From an uncultured Pseudobdellovibrionaceae bacterium (GTDB taxonomy: Bacteria; Bdellovibrionota_B; Oligoflexia; Oligoflexales; Bog-1112): DNA of 64,000 nt. A model generated the notes under the pieces. The model did not search any database. It had not been told where the DNA came from and worked only from the letters and a program-made list of their open reading frames with translations. Both the position numbers and the translations under genes were made by a program. The stretch lies in contig CAZSXR010000003.1 in assembly GCA_964611335.1 (NCBI GenBank), positions 461,265 to 525,264 of the forward strand, in the 5' to 3' direction. Shown piece by piece: positions 30,591-38,537 of this stretch. Every line of letters starts with the position of its first letter. The first letter of the stretch is position 1.

Positions 30591-31949
30591 ATGATGTTTT
30601 CCAAGCTGATAGATATTTTCAAACCAGCCCCCTTTCTCCCCGAAATAAGTGACCCTGAAGAAGTTAAAAAACAGTACAAATATTGGCGTTTACGTATTTT
30701 TTATTCGATTTATATTGGTTATGTTGTTTTTTATTTCACGCGGAAGAGTTTCACTTTTGTAATCCCGCATCTTATTGATCTCGGTTATTCGATGGCGGAT
30801 GTTGGTTTTCTCGGCACGGTTCTCTATGTGTCTTATGGTGTGAGTAAGTTTGTAAGTGGTATTTTTGCAGATCGTGCTAATCCACGCTATATCATGTCTA
30901 TAGGTCTTATATTGACAGGTATTACAAATATATTTTTTGGATTCTCATCTTCAATCCTTTTATTTGCATTTTTCTGGGGACTGAATGGTTGGTTTCAAGG
31001 ATGGGGATGGCCTCCTTGTACAAAGCAGTTGACCTTTTGGTTTAGCAAATCGGAAAGAGGCAAGTGGTGGAGTTTAAAATCCACGTCTCACAATATCGGA
31101 GGTGCCGTAATTCCTTTGATTGTTGCGTACTGTTGTACGCTCTTCAGTTGGCGTTGGGGCATGTTTATACCTGGAATCATAGCGATCGTAGTGGGCTTAT
31201 GGTTGATTGAAAGGCTCCGAGATATTCCTCAAACTTTGGGTTTACCTTCCATAGAAACATTCAATGGTGAAGCTGAAGAAGAGGTTAAAGCTTCTTCTGA
31301 ACAAGAAGTGCTTTCTGCAAAAGAAATTTTGTTTAAGCATGTTTTAAACAACAAAGGTGTGTGGATTTTATCTCTTTCTTATTTTTTCGTTTATGTTGTG
31401 AGAACAGGATTGAATGACTGGTCTACAGTATATTTGACACGAGAAAAATCTTACTCGCTGGTTGCTGCAGCAAGTGGAGTTACGTGGTTTGAAGTAGGTG
31501 GATTTTTAGGAATACTTGTGAGTGGGTGGGCCTCCGACTATTTTTTCAATGGGAGACGTGTTCCTTTTATGATTTTTTGTGCACTTGGTCTTCTTTTAGC
31601 TATTGCCGCGTTTTACATGGTGCCACCAGGTTATATGTACCTCGACATGTTTCTGATGTCGGTTTTAGGTTTTTTAATTTTTGGTCCACAACTCTTAGTA
31701 GGACTTGCAGCTGCTGAATTTGTAGACAAGAAAGCTGCTTGTACTGCGAATGGATTTGCTGGGTGTTTTGCGTATATTGGCGCCGCAGCAACGGGCTATC
31801 CACTTGGAAAAATAATCGACACTTGGCATTGGGAAGGATTTTTTGTTAGTCTTTTTGTATGTTCTGCTGCAGTTTTTCTTGTTTTGATGCCACTCTGTTT
31901 TCAGAAGGGAGACACTCAGGACGTCTTGCAGCAATCACCAACATCTTAG
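30591..31949 (+). CDS. MFS organophosphate:phosphate antiporter (GlpT/UhpC family)
   Basis: YKYWRLRIFYSIYIGYVVFYFTRKSF, ADRANPRY and GLNGWFQGWGWPPC are typical of GlpT/UhpC. 12 TM helices. Confidence 0.82.
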   Translation: MMFSKLIDIFKPAPFLPEISDPEEVKKQYKYWRLRIFYSIYIGYVVFYFTRKSFTFVIPHLIDLGYSMADVGFLGTVLYVSYGVSKFVSGIFADRANPRYIMSIGLILTGITNIFFGFSSSILLFAFFWGLNGWFQGWGWPPCTKQLTFWFSKSERGKWWSLKSTSHNIGGAVIPLIVAYCCTLFSWRWGMFIPGIIAIVVGLWLIERLRDIPQTLGLPSIETFNGEAEEEVKASSEQEVLSAKEILFKHVLNNKGVWILSLSYFFVYVVRTGLNDWSTVYLTREKSYSLVAAASGVTWFEVGGFLGILVSGWASDYFFNGRRVPFMIFCALGLLLAIAAFYMVPPGYMYLDMFLMSVLGFLIFGPQLLVGLAAAEFVDKKAACTANGFAGCFAYIGAAATGYPLGKIIDTWHWEGFFVSLFVCSAAVFLVLMPLCFQKGDTQDVLQQSPTS

Positions 31950-31961
31950 GCAGATGCGTTC

Positions 31962-33209
31962 ATGCAAATATTTCGTAGCTTTTGTGTCTTATTTTTTCTT
32001 TTTTGTAGTGTGCAAAGTTATTCTTTCTTTGATCCTCTTCCCGACCCTGAACACGTTAGAGTCTCTTTGCTCACTGTCGATATAGGACCAGAGCTTCCTC
32101 AAAGTTATGGTCACACGATGCTGCGAGTTGAAAATCAAAAGACAGGAGAAGAGTATATACTCAATTGGGGGATGTATGATTTTAGCGAGCCCTATTTGTT
32201 TGTTCCACGTTTTTTAAAGGGTTTATTGCGATACTTTGTGTCGGAATCCACATTTGATTCCACCATTCGCTACTATCATGAGTATGAAAAAAGAAGTGTT
32301 TACCAAGACTCTCTCGTTTTAACAACACAGCAAAAAGACCGCTTATTAAGAAATATCAGTAAGAGATTAGAACCTGAAAATGTCTATTACTGGTATGAGT
32401 TTTTCTATAACAACTGTTCCACTATCCCTCGTGATATTTTGAATGATGCTTTAGGTGGAAAAATAGAAGAACGTTTTACAAATGTCCCAGCGACTATGGA
32501 TTTGCGAGCTTATGTGCGTAGAGATTTGAACGGTTGGTCTATAATACCTTTCTTTCTCGATATGATGTTGAATTCCGATGTGGATTTAAAACTCAATGCA
32601 TGGGGTGAGATGTTCCATCCTCTCATGTTGCAACACTACTTGAGTCAGCTTCCTCAGTTCGATGATGTTGGTAATGAAATCCCACACTCTCATCTTCTCC
32701 AAGACCATCATACGGTTGTTGAAGGAGGGGTGTATCCCAAGTCTTCTTTGAACTTTTTTATGTGCTTTTTTGCTGTATGTCTGATTGTTTTGTTGAGCAT
32801 AGTTCTTTTATTTTGGAAAAAGCATGTATATGCCCGTCCTCTATGGGGATCTTTTTATATTGCCTGGGGATTGTTTTCAGGCTTTATGGGTTGTGTATTT
32901 CTTGTCGGTTGGTTTGTTACCGATCACCATATGTTACAACACAATGCAAATCTATTTGTGCTTTGGCCTTTTGATTTTGCCTTCGTGTATTATGGAATCT
33001 GCATTTTGAAAAATAAAAATGCAGTCTACAAAGATATCTGGTCTTTTTTAATTTACGTACACCTTCTGAGCATTTTTATATTTTATGGGCTCTTTGCTTG
33101 GGGCTTTTTTGCACAAGATGTTTCGAATGTAGCTAAGTATGTTGCGTCCATTGCGGTATTATTTTATGGGTTCTGCTTTTTCCGTAAACGCATCAAGCGC
33201 GCGCATTGA
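31962..33209 (+). CDS. DUF4105 (Lnb N-terminal periplasmic domain) protein with a C-terminal membrane domain
   Basis: A signal peptide, LLTVDIGPELPQSYGHTMLRV, and the YEFFYNNCST motif characteristic of DUF4105, followed by about 5 TM helices. Confidence 0.6.
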   Translation: MQIFRSFCVLFFLFCSVQSYSFFDPLPDPEHVRVSLLTVDIGPELPQSYGHTMLRVENQKTGEEYILNWGMYDFSEPYLFVPRFLKGLLRYFVSESTFDSTIRYYHEYEKRSVYQDSLVLTTQQKDRLLRNISKRLEPENVYYWYEFFYNNCSTIPRDILNDALGGKIEERFTNVPATMDLRAYVRRDLNGWSIIPFFLDMMLNSDVDLKLNAWGEMFHPLMLQHYLSQLPQFDDVGNEIPHSHLLQDHHTVVEGGVYPKSSLNFFMCFFAVCLIVLLSIVLLFWKKHVYARPLWGSFYIAWGLFSGFMGCVFLVGWFVTDHHMLQHNANLFVLWPFDFAFVYYGICILKNKNAVYKDIWSFLIYVHLLSIFIFYGLFAWGFFAQDVSNVAKYVASIAVLFYGFCFFRKRIKRAH

Positions 33210-34424
33210 AAACTCAGGATTTAATCTCGAAACACCGATAAAACGTTTGTCAGACAGAACAACCTTAAAAGCACAAGCTCTGTCTATCCAATGAAAATTT
33301 TCTTCCAAATGCGTCTCACCCATATGCAAGGACAGAGTTAAAGTATAATCTCCAGGGCCGAGATTCATATCTAGCGCATAGGTTACTTCAAAAGTTGAAC
33401 CGATTTTGGGAGAACCTGTATCAATTCCAAGTATGTAAGAGTTTGTTCCAAAAATATCGTAGCCTAAACGGTCTCGAATCAAAATTCCAAAAGTAGGATT
33501 CTCAATATTTTCAGCGGAGGTTTTTACTTGGAAACGTATGTAGGCTTTCTCTCCTGATAAAAACACAGCTGTTGAAAGAAATGACGCGTTAAAAATATCC
33601 AACTTAATCACTTCGAGTTTTTTATTTCCAGATTCAAAGGAATCTGCAACGACTAAATTTTTATTCTCAGAAGCAAGCTTTCTTGCAGATTCCTTAAAAA
33701 AACTTGGGAGTAAGGCGTTGTATAAATCCAGACATTCCAGAGGACTTCCTGTATGTACGATACTTCCTGTTGAAAGAAGAGTGCAGCTATCACATAATTT
33801 TTTTACTGCAGGGAGATCGTGGCTAACGAAAAGTATAGTTACCCCCTTCTTTTTAAAATCTTGAATTTTTTTTAGACATTTCTGTTGGAAGTAAATGTCT
33901 CCCACAGAAAGAGCTTCATCAATAATCAAAACTTCAGGATCTACAGAAGTAGCGAAAGAAAAAGCAAGGCGTACATACATACCCGAAGAGTAAATTTTAA
34001 CGGGTCTGTCAAAGAAATCTCCGATTTCCGAAAAATTTTGAATGTCCGTCATTTTAGCTTCTATTTCTTTTTTACTAAATCCTAGCAAACTCCCATTGAT
34101 ATAGATGTTCTCACGTCCGGTGAGCTCAGGATGAAAACCTGTTCCTAATTCCAATAAGGAAGCCACAGTTCCGTTGACTTCAAAGGAGCCAGAACTGGGA
34201 TCCATCACACCAACCAGTATTTTGAGAAGAGTGCTTTTTCCTGCTCCGTTCACACCTATAATTCCGTGAATTTCTCCTTTGGCAATTTCTAAAGAGATAT
34301 TTTTCAGACTGTGTACGATATCGTAATCTTTCTTTTCTCGTGCAAGTCCTAAAGCACCCTTCACCATGGCTGCTTTGGATTTGTAAACTCTAAAATGCTT
34401 TGAGAGATTGGAAATCTTAATCAT
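33159..34424 (-). CDS. Polysaccharide/O-antigen-type ABC transporter ATP-binding protein (Wzt/TagH-like) with an extra C-terminal domain
   Basis: Walker A GVNGAGKSTLLK, signature YSSGMYVRLAF, Walker B LIIDEALSVGD. A ~190-aa C-terminal beta-rich extension is present. ATG 34424 overlaps the permease stop (ATGA). Confidence 0.83.
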   Translation of the reverse strand: MIKISNLSKHFRVYKSKAAMVKGALGLAREKKDYDIVHSLKNISLEIAKGEIHGIIGVNGAGKSTLLKILVGVMDPSSGSFEVNGTVASLLELGTGFHPELTGRENIYINGSLLGFSKKEIEAKMTDIQNFSEIGDFFDRPVKIYSSGMYVRLAFSFATSVDPEVLIIDEALSVGDIYFQQKCLKKIQDFKKKGVTILFVSHDLPAVKKLCDSCTLLSTGSIVHTGSPLECLDLYNALLPSFFKESARKLASENKNLVVADSFESGNKKLEVIKLDIFNASFLSTAVFLSGEKAYIRFQVKTSAENIENPTFGILIRDRLGYDIFGTNSYILGIDTGSPKIGSTFEVTYALDMNLGPGDYTLTLSLHMGETHLEENFHWIDRACAFKVVLSDKRFIGVSRLNPEFSMRALDAFTEKAEPIK

Positions 34425-35200
34425 AGGTGATCCCTCAGTAAGGAAATCGATCGAACATACACGAAACTTGAAGCAAGAAATGCAAGTACAGTCCACATAA
34501 GACAGAGAGTTAATAAGAATGCGCTAGGCATGGTGTGAAAAAATAAAACCTGATGCATACATTCGATATAAGAATACAGGGGATTCCAATACACAAACGC
34601 TTTTGCAAATTGTGGGAGAGAACTTTCCAAATACACTATAGGTGTAGCCCAAAAAAGGAGTTGGAAAAGAATCTGAATTGCATAGTAGACATCTTTCAAA
34701 AAAACATTCATACAGCCCAGCACTATAGCTGCAGACGTACCAAATATGCCCAGCAAGAACACAAAAAATAAGTAAGAAAGGTATTCCAGTAAAGTTGGAG
34801 GATCGAGAAAGATAAGAACGAAAGTATAGAGTGTGAATCCAATAAAAAAATTGAATAAACATGCTAAAGAAGAAGCAAAAAAGAGTATATATGGTTTGAA
34901 ACTTAATTTCTTTATGAAATCTTTGTTTTCACTGAGGGTTAGACATCCGCGATTTGCGAGTTCCGTAAAAAGATTCCATGCTAGCAGTCCTGAACACAAG
35001 TAAAGACTGTAAGCATATCGGGAAGTGTTCATTCCAAACTTTGATTTCATCATGCTTGAAAAGACAAGTGTATAGAGTGCGATCATTACGATGGGATGTA
35101 TAAGATGCCAATACACACCTACTATAGAACCTACATACTTAAGTTTAAAATCTCGTTCTGTAAGTGCTACTAAACTCCTAAGAAAACTTAGTTTTTTCAT
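34421..35200 (-). CDS. ABC-2 type polysaccharide export permease (Wzm/TagG-like)
   Basis: TERDFKLKYVGSIVGVYWHLIHP is the ABC-2 N-terminal motif. 6 TM helices. ATG 35200 follows AAGGAGA; the ORF track starts at 35233. Confidence 0.78.
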   Translation of the reverse strand: MKKLSFLRSLVALTERDFKLKYVGSIVGVYWHLIHPIVMIALYTLVFSSMMKSKFGMNTSRYAYSLYLCSGLLAWNLFTELANRGCLTLSENKDFIKKLSFKPYILFFASSLACLFNFFIGFTLYTFVLIFLDPPTLLEYLSYLFFVFLLGIFGTSAAIVLGCMNVFLKDVYYAIQILFQLLFWATPIVYLESSLPQFAKAFVYWNPLYSYIECMHQVLFFHTMPSAFLLTLCLMWTVLAFLASSFVYVRSISLLRDHL

Positions 35201-35352
35201 ATGTCTCCTTTTCTCTCCTTCTTTGTTTATCACAGACCCTTGCTTTATCGCCAGTCAAATTGACGGAATTTACATGAAGAACTTTTAAGTGTTAAAAAAG
35301 AATTAACACAATCGAATTATATGACATTTTTGAAAAGAAGAAGGCGGACAAC

Positions 35353-37161
35353 TTGTTGCAAGTTGATGCAAAAACTCTTCGATCCCTGAGACACCTTATT
35401 GGCAAGGAAGTTCAAAAACAGGGGTGGCGTTTTGCAGTCTATTTTCTTGTTATTGGGTTTGCAGGTATAGCAAGCATCCTTCCCCCCAAACTTTATGGCT
35501 ACTTCGCTGAACATATGGGAGCTATACAAAGTCTCAACGAGATTTCAGCTTCAGCTTTTCTGCATAATTTACTTCTTTTTGGAACTTTAATAGCAGTGAC
35601 TCTTTTCTTTTGTAATTTTGCAAGAGCTGTTACGGAAGAATGGATTTCTTTGCGTATTGAAGGAAGTCTTCGCATTCGATTTATGAGTTATATGCACCGT
35701 CTTCCTCTGGAATCTTTCGATGAATCTCAAAGGGGTGATTGGCTTACTCGGATGTCGGGAGATATACGGGCTGTAGAACAATTTATAGCGCTGCGACTTC
35801 CCAACCAGATCTCAGATGCGGTGGTGACTATTGCCATTGCAGTGATTTTCATAAGTCAAAATACTTGGGTCGCACTCTTTCTTATTCTCAGCACAGCGAT
35901 ACTTGCGTGCGTGAATGTCATCGTACAAGCGCGTTTAACTCCGATTCTGGATGAGCTGAGATTTCTGCATGGGGAAGTCTTACAAGGTTTACTTGAAAAC
36001 TTTGAAGGGATGCGTTCCATCCGTTCTTATCGTGCTGAAAATTTTATACTCACATTTTTTAAAGAAAGAGTTCAGATCATTATAGAAAAAGGTTTGCGTC
36101 TAATCCGCGTTATAGGTTTGCTTTTCGGAAGCAATTCTTTTCTTGTAAATATGCTTACGACACTCGCACTATCTTACGTTGCTTTCAAATTGCGAAACCA
36201 AGAGATTCTTGTTTCTGATGTGTTTCTATATCCATTCTATATTGGAATGTTCTACTCTTCCATCTTTGCGCTCGTTAGAGGTGTTTTTGATTGGAATGAT
36301 TTTGTGATTCATGCTTCGCGTTTGGATGAAGTTTTTCAATCAGCTACATCTGATCAGTACTTAGAAAAAGCTGTCTTTCAAAAACCTTTTGACACACTTG
36401 AAATAAAAAATGCAGTCATTGGTTATAAATCTTATGCGAAATTGACAAAGCCTTTTGATTTTAAAATTCAGAAAGGTGAGATTGTCGTCATTCGTGGACA
36501 CTCTGGTTGTGGCAAATCTACTTTTTTAGAATCGCTTGCAGGTTTAAGAGAATTGGAAGTTCAGTCTGCTCGACTCTTCCACCAAAATACGTTTGTTGAA
36601 AATTTCCCACAAAAAGACGGAAAAGTATCCTTACCAGTAGATCTCGGAGTATACGTAGAGCAGAAGCCTTATCTTCTCGAAGGTTCATTGAAAAACAATC
36701 TGCTTCTTGGTGATACTACACTTTCGGAAGATCGCCTGTGGTCTGCTTTAGAAGGTGTGAATCTACGCTCTTTTTTTGAAAAACGAGATGGTCTCTCCTT
36801 TTTTATCAAAGATAATGGACGCAATCTTAGTGAAGGTCAGAAACAACGTATAGGTATTGCAAGATCTTTGGTTCACTTACGCTCTCTTATTCTATTAGAC
36901 GAGCCTTTTGCTTCTTTAGATCAGGGTTCGATTTCCGTTCTTTCTAATGTGTTGAACAAGTTGAAATCCAATCATGGAATAGTGATTGTAAGCCATATTA
37001 TACCTGAAAGTTTGAGTTTCGATCGTGTAGTAGATTTCGATAGCTTTGTATATTCCAACGTATCGAAAGAATTTGAAGGTGATAATTTTTTTCAAAAAGA
37101 AAAATCTGAAATGTATTTAGCGGAAGCTCCTTTTGGAACTTTCGTTGAGTGTAATGTTTAA
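35353..37161 (+). CDS. Fused TMD-NBD ABC exporter (type I exporter); the likely exporter for the downstream peptides
   Basis: 6-TM N-terminal domain, Walker A GHSGCGKST, signature LSEGQKQRIGIARSL, Walker B LILLDEPFASLD. No C39 peptidase domain. The stop lies 17 nt before the first precursor gene. Confidence 0.85.
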   Translation: MLQVDAKTLRSLRHLIGKEVQKQGWRFAVYFLVIGFAGIASILPPKLYGYFAEHMGAIQSLNEISASAFLHNLLLFGTLIAVTLFFCNFARAVTEEWISLRIEGSLRIRFMSYMHRLPLESFDESQRGDWLTRMSGDIRAVEQFIALRLPNQISDAVVTIAIAVIFISQNTWVALFLILSTAILACVNVIVQARLTPILDELRFLHGEVLQGLLENFEGMRSIRSYRAENFILTFFKERVQIIIEKGLRLIRVIGLLFGSNSFLVNMLTTLALSYVAFKLRNQEILVSDVFLYPFYIGMFYSSIFALVRGVFDWNDFVIHASRLDEVFQSATSDQYLEKAVFQKPFDTLEIKNAVIGYKSYAKLTKPFDFKIQKGEIVVIRGHSGCGKSTFLESLAGLRELEVQSARLFHQNTFVENFPQKDGKVSLPVDLGVYVEQKPYLLEGSLKNNLLLGDTTLSEDRLWSALEGVNLRSFFEKRDGLSFFIKDNGRNLSEGQKQRIGIARSLVHLRSLILLDEPFASLDQGSISVLSNVLNKLKSNHGIVIVSHIIPESLSFDRVVDFDSFVYSNVSKEFEGDNFFQKEKSEMYLAEAPFGTFVECNV

Positions 37162-37178
37162 TTTCTTGGAGGTTTTTC

Positions 37179-37316
37179 ATGGTAAGAGAAGTGTCTGTTG
37201 AAAAAAATGAGTTTGGTATTGTGATCCGTCGTTGTGGACATCGTTGTGGACACCGTTGCGGACATCGTTGCGGACATCGTTGCGGACACCGTTGTAGTCG
37301 CTCTTGTCGTCGTTAA
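37179..37316 (+). CDS. Candidate RiPP precursor peptide 1 (45 aa): MVREVSVEKNEFGIVIRRCGHRCGHRCGHRCGHRCGHRCSRSCRR
   Basis: Not in the ORF track (<60 aa). ATG 37179 lies 6 nt after GGAGG (37168-37172); TAA at 37314. It has five in-frame CGHR units, with synonymous variation (tgt/tgc, cat/cac) between units. A DUF692 gene lies downstream. Confidence 0.75.
   Translation: MVREVSVEKNEFGIVIRRCGHRCGHRCGHRCGHRCGHRCSRSCRR
37230..37313 (+). repeat. 12-nt tandem coding repeat (cgt tgY gga caY) x5 plus a degenerate tail
   Basis: Read directly. Units start at 37230, 37242, 37254, 37266 and 37278, followed by the related cgt tgt agt cgc tct tgt cgt cgt. Confidence 0.9.
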
Positions 37317-37380
37317 ACTTCATTGAGTACAGAGATGGTCTTTGTACTGATTGAGTTCAATATTTTTTTGGAGCTTTTTC

Positions 37381-37530
37381 ATGGTAAGAGAAGTGTCTGT
37401 AGAAAAAAATGAGTTCGGTATTGTGATTCGTCGTTGCGGACACCGTTGTGGACAACGTTGCGGTGCACGTTGCGGTCATCGTTGTGGTCATCGTTGTGGT
37501 CATCGTTGTGGACGTCGCTGCGGACGTTAA
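37381..37530 (+). CDS. Candidate RiPP precursor peptide 2 (49 aa): MVREVSVEKNEFGIVIRRCGHRCGQRCGARCGHRCGHRCGHRCGRRCGR
   Basis: Not in the ORF track. ATG 37381 after GGAG (37370-37373); TAA at 37528. The leader is identical to peptide 1, with three silent nucleotide differences. Eight CGxR units. Confidence 0.75.
   Translation: MVREVSVEKNEFGIVIRRCGHRCGQRCGARCGHRCGHRCGHRCGRRCGR
37432..37527 (+). repeat. 12-nt tandem coding repeat (cgY tgY ggN nnN) x8
   Basis: Read directly. There are eight consecutive 12-nt units in frame with peptide 2. Confidence 0.9.
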
Positions 37531-37628
37531 TATCGCAGGCTCACTATAAACCATATGCGGTTTCGCAAAAGGTTTTAAGTGAGCATCCATTGAAAACTCT
37601 TATGTGTGGTTTGTGAAAGCGAGGCTTT

Positions 37629-38537
37629 ATGAAATCATTATACTTGGTGGACGACGTTAAAAATCAGCCGAAGTACGGTTTTGGCCTTGAGTGTTCGGGT
37701 GAACTCGCGAGAAGAGAAGATGTAGATTTATTGTTTAAAGAAGTTTCTTCTATCGAGATTATTCCTGAATCTTATTTTTTTAATAAACACTCAGAATTTA
37801 TTAGACGACTCGGAAATAGCCAAGTTCCCGTTATAGGTCATTGTGTAGACTTATCTCTCGGTACGGATGAGCCTCTAGATAAAAAGCACCTTGAACAAAC
37901 CAAAGAAGTTTTAGGTCAAGTCAATTGTGTGATCTTTAGTGATCATCTTTGTATGACAAGAGCTTCTGGAATTGATATAGGGCAACTTACAACTTTGCCT
38001 TTTACAAACAAAGTTGTCGATGTGGTCTGTCGCAATGTTGAGACTATTCAAAAAGAATTTTCTCAACCCTTTATGATTGAAAACATAACAAATCGTTTTA
38101 TTTATCCCGGAAATGAGCTGGACGAGCCCGCGTTTATCAATGCGGTCACGCGCAAATCAGGTTGCGGTCTTCTCTTAGATGTTACGAATCTTTATATCAA
38201 TAGCGTGAATCACAAATTTAATCCTTATCGCTGGTTGGATAAGATTGATGGCCGTTCTGTAATGGGTGTGCATCTTGCAGGTGGTATACAGGAAAAGGGT
38301 GTCCTTTATGATACCCACAGTCGTGCTGTTCCCAAAGCAGTGTGGGATTTGCTAGCTTATGCTCTTCAAAAAAGTAGGCCTGAAGTTTTGATCATCGAGT
38401 GGGATCAACATATGCCTAGTACAGAGCGATTGATTGAAGAATGCCGTTATGGTGAACACTTTATTTCGAAAGTACGTAGACCACGAATGCTCCCTTCTCG
38501 AATATCTCAGTTTGCTTCTACGGAGGTTACTTTATGA
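37629..38537 (+). CDS. DUF692 / MbnB-like multinuclear non-heme iron oxidase (MNIO), TIM-barrel
   Basis: Order and spacing of DUF692 hallmark motifs: GFGLE, IEIIPESYF, GHCVDLSLG, FSDHLCM, MIENITN, LLLDVTNLYINSVNHKFNP, GVHLAGG, LYDTHSRAVPKAVWDL, LIIEWDQ. His/Asp/Glu sit at the expected metal-ligand positions. Confidence 0.85.
   Translation: MKSLYLVDDVKNQPKYGFGLECSGELARREDVDLLFKEVSSIEIIPESYFFNKHSEFIRRLGNSQVPVIGHCVDLSLGTDEPLDKKHLEQTKEVLGQVNCVIFSDHLCMTRASGIDIGQLTTLPFTNKVVDVVCRNVETIQKEFSQPFMIENITNRFIYPGNELDEPAFINAVTRKSGCGLLLDVTNLYINSVNHKFNPYRWLDKIDGRSVMGVHLAGGIQEKGVLYDTHSRAVPKAVWDLLAYALQKSRPEVLIIEWDQHMPSTERLIEECRYGEHFISKVRRPRMLPSRISQFASTEVTL

Noticed and set aside
37230-37527. A possible CRISPR array or non-coding minisatellite, given the short direct repeats
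   Set aside because: The units are 12 nt and contiguous, with no spacers. They are in frame with two RBS-led ORFs. There are no cas genes and no 25-40-nt repeat/spacer periodicity.
37357-37616. ORF-track entries 37357-37590 (minus; TSAATSTTMTTTMTTTMTAT...) and 37434-37616 (plus; LWTTLRCTLRSSLWSSLWSSLW...)
   Set aside because: Both are out-of-frame or antisense shadows of the 12-nt repeat. Neither has an RBS. The frame starting at ATG 37381 has a GGAG RBS, shares an 18-aa leader with the upstream paralogue, and shows synonymous-only drift.
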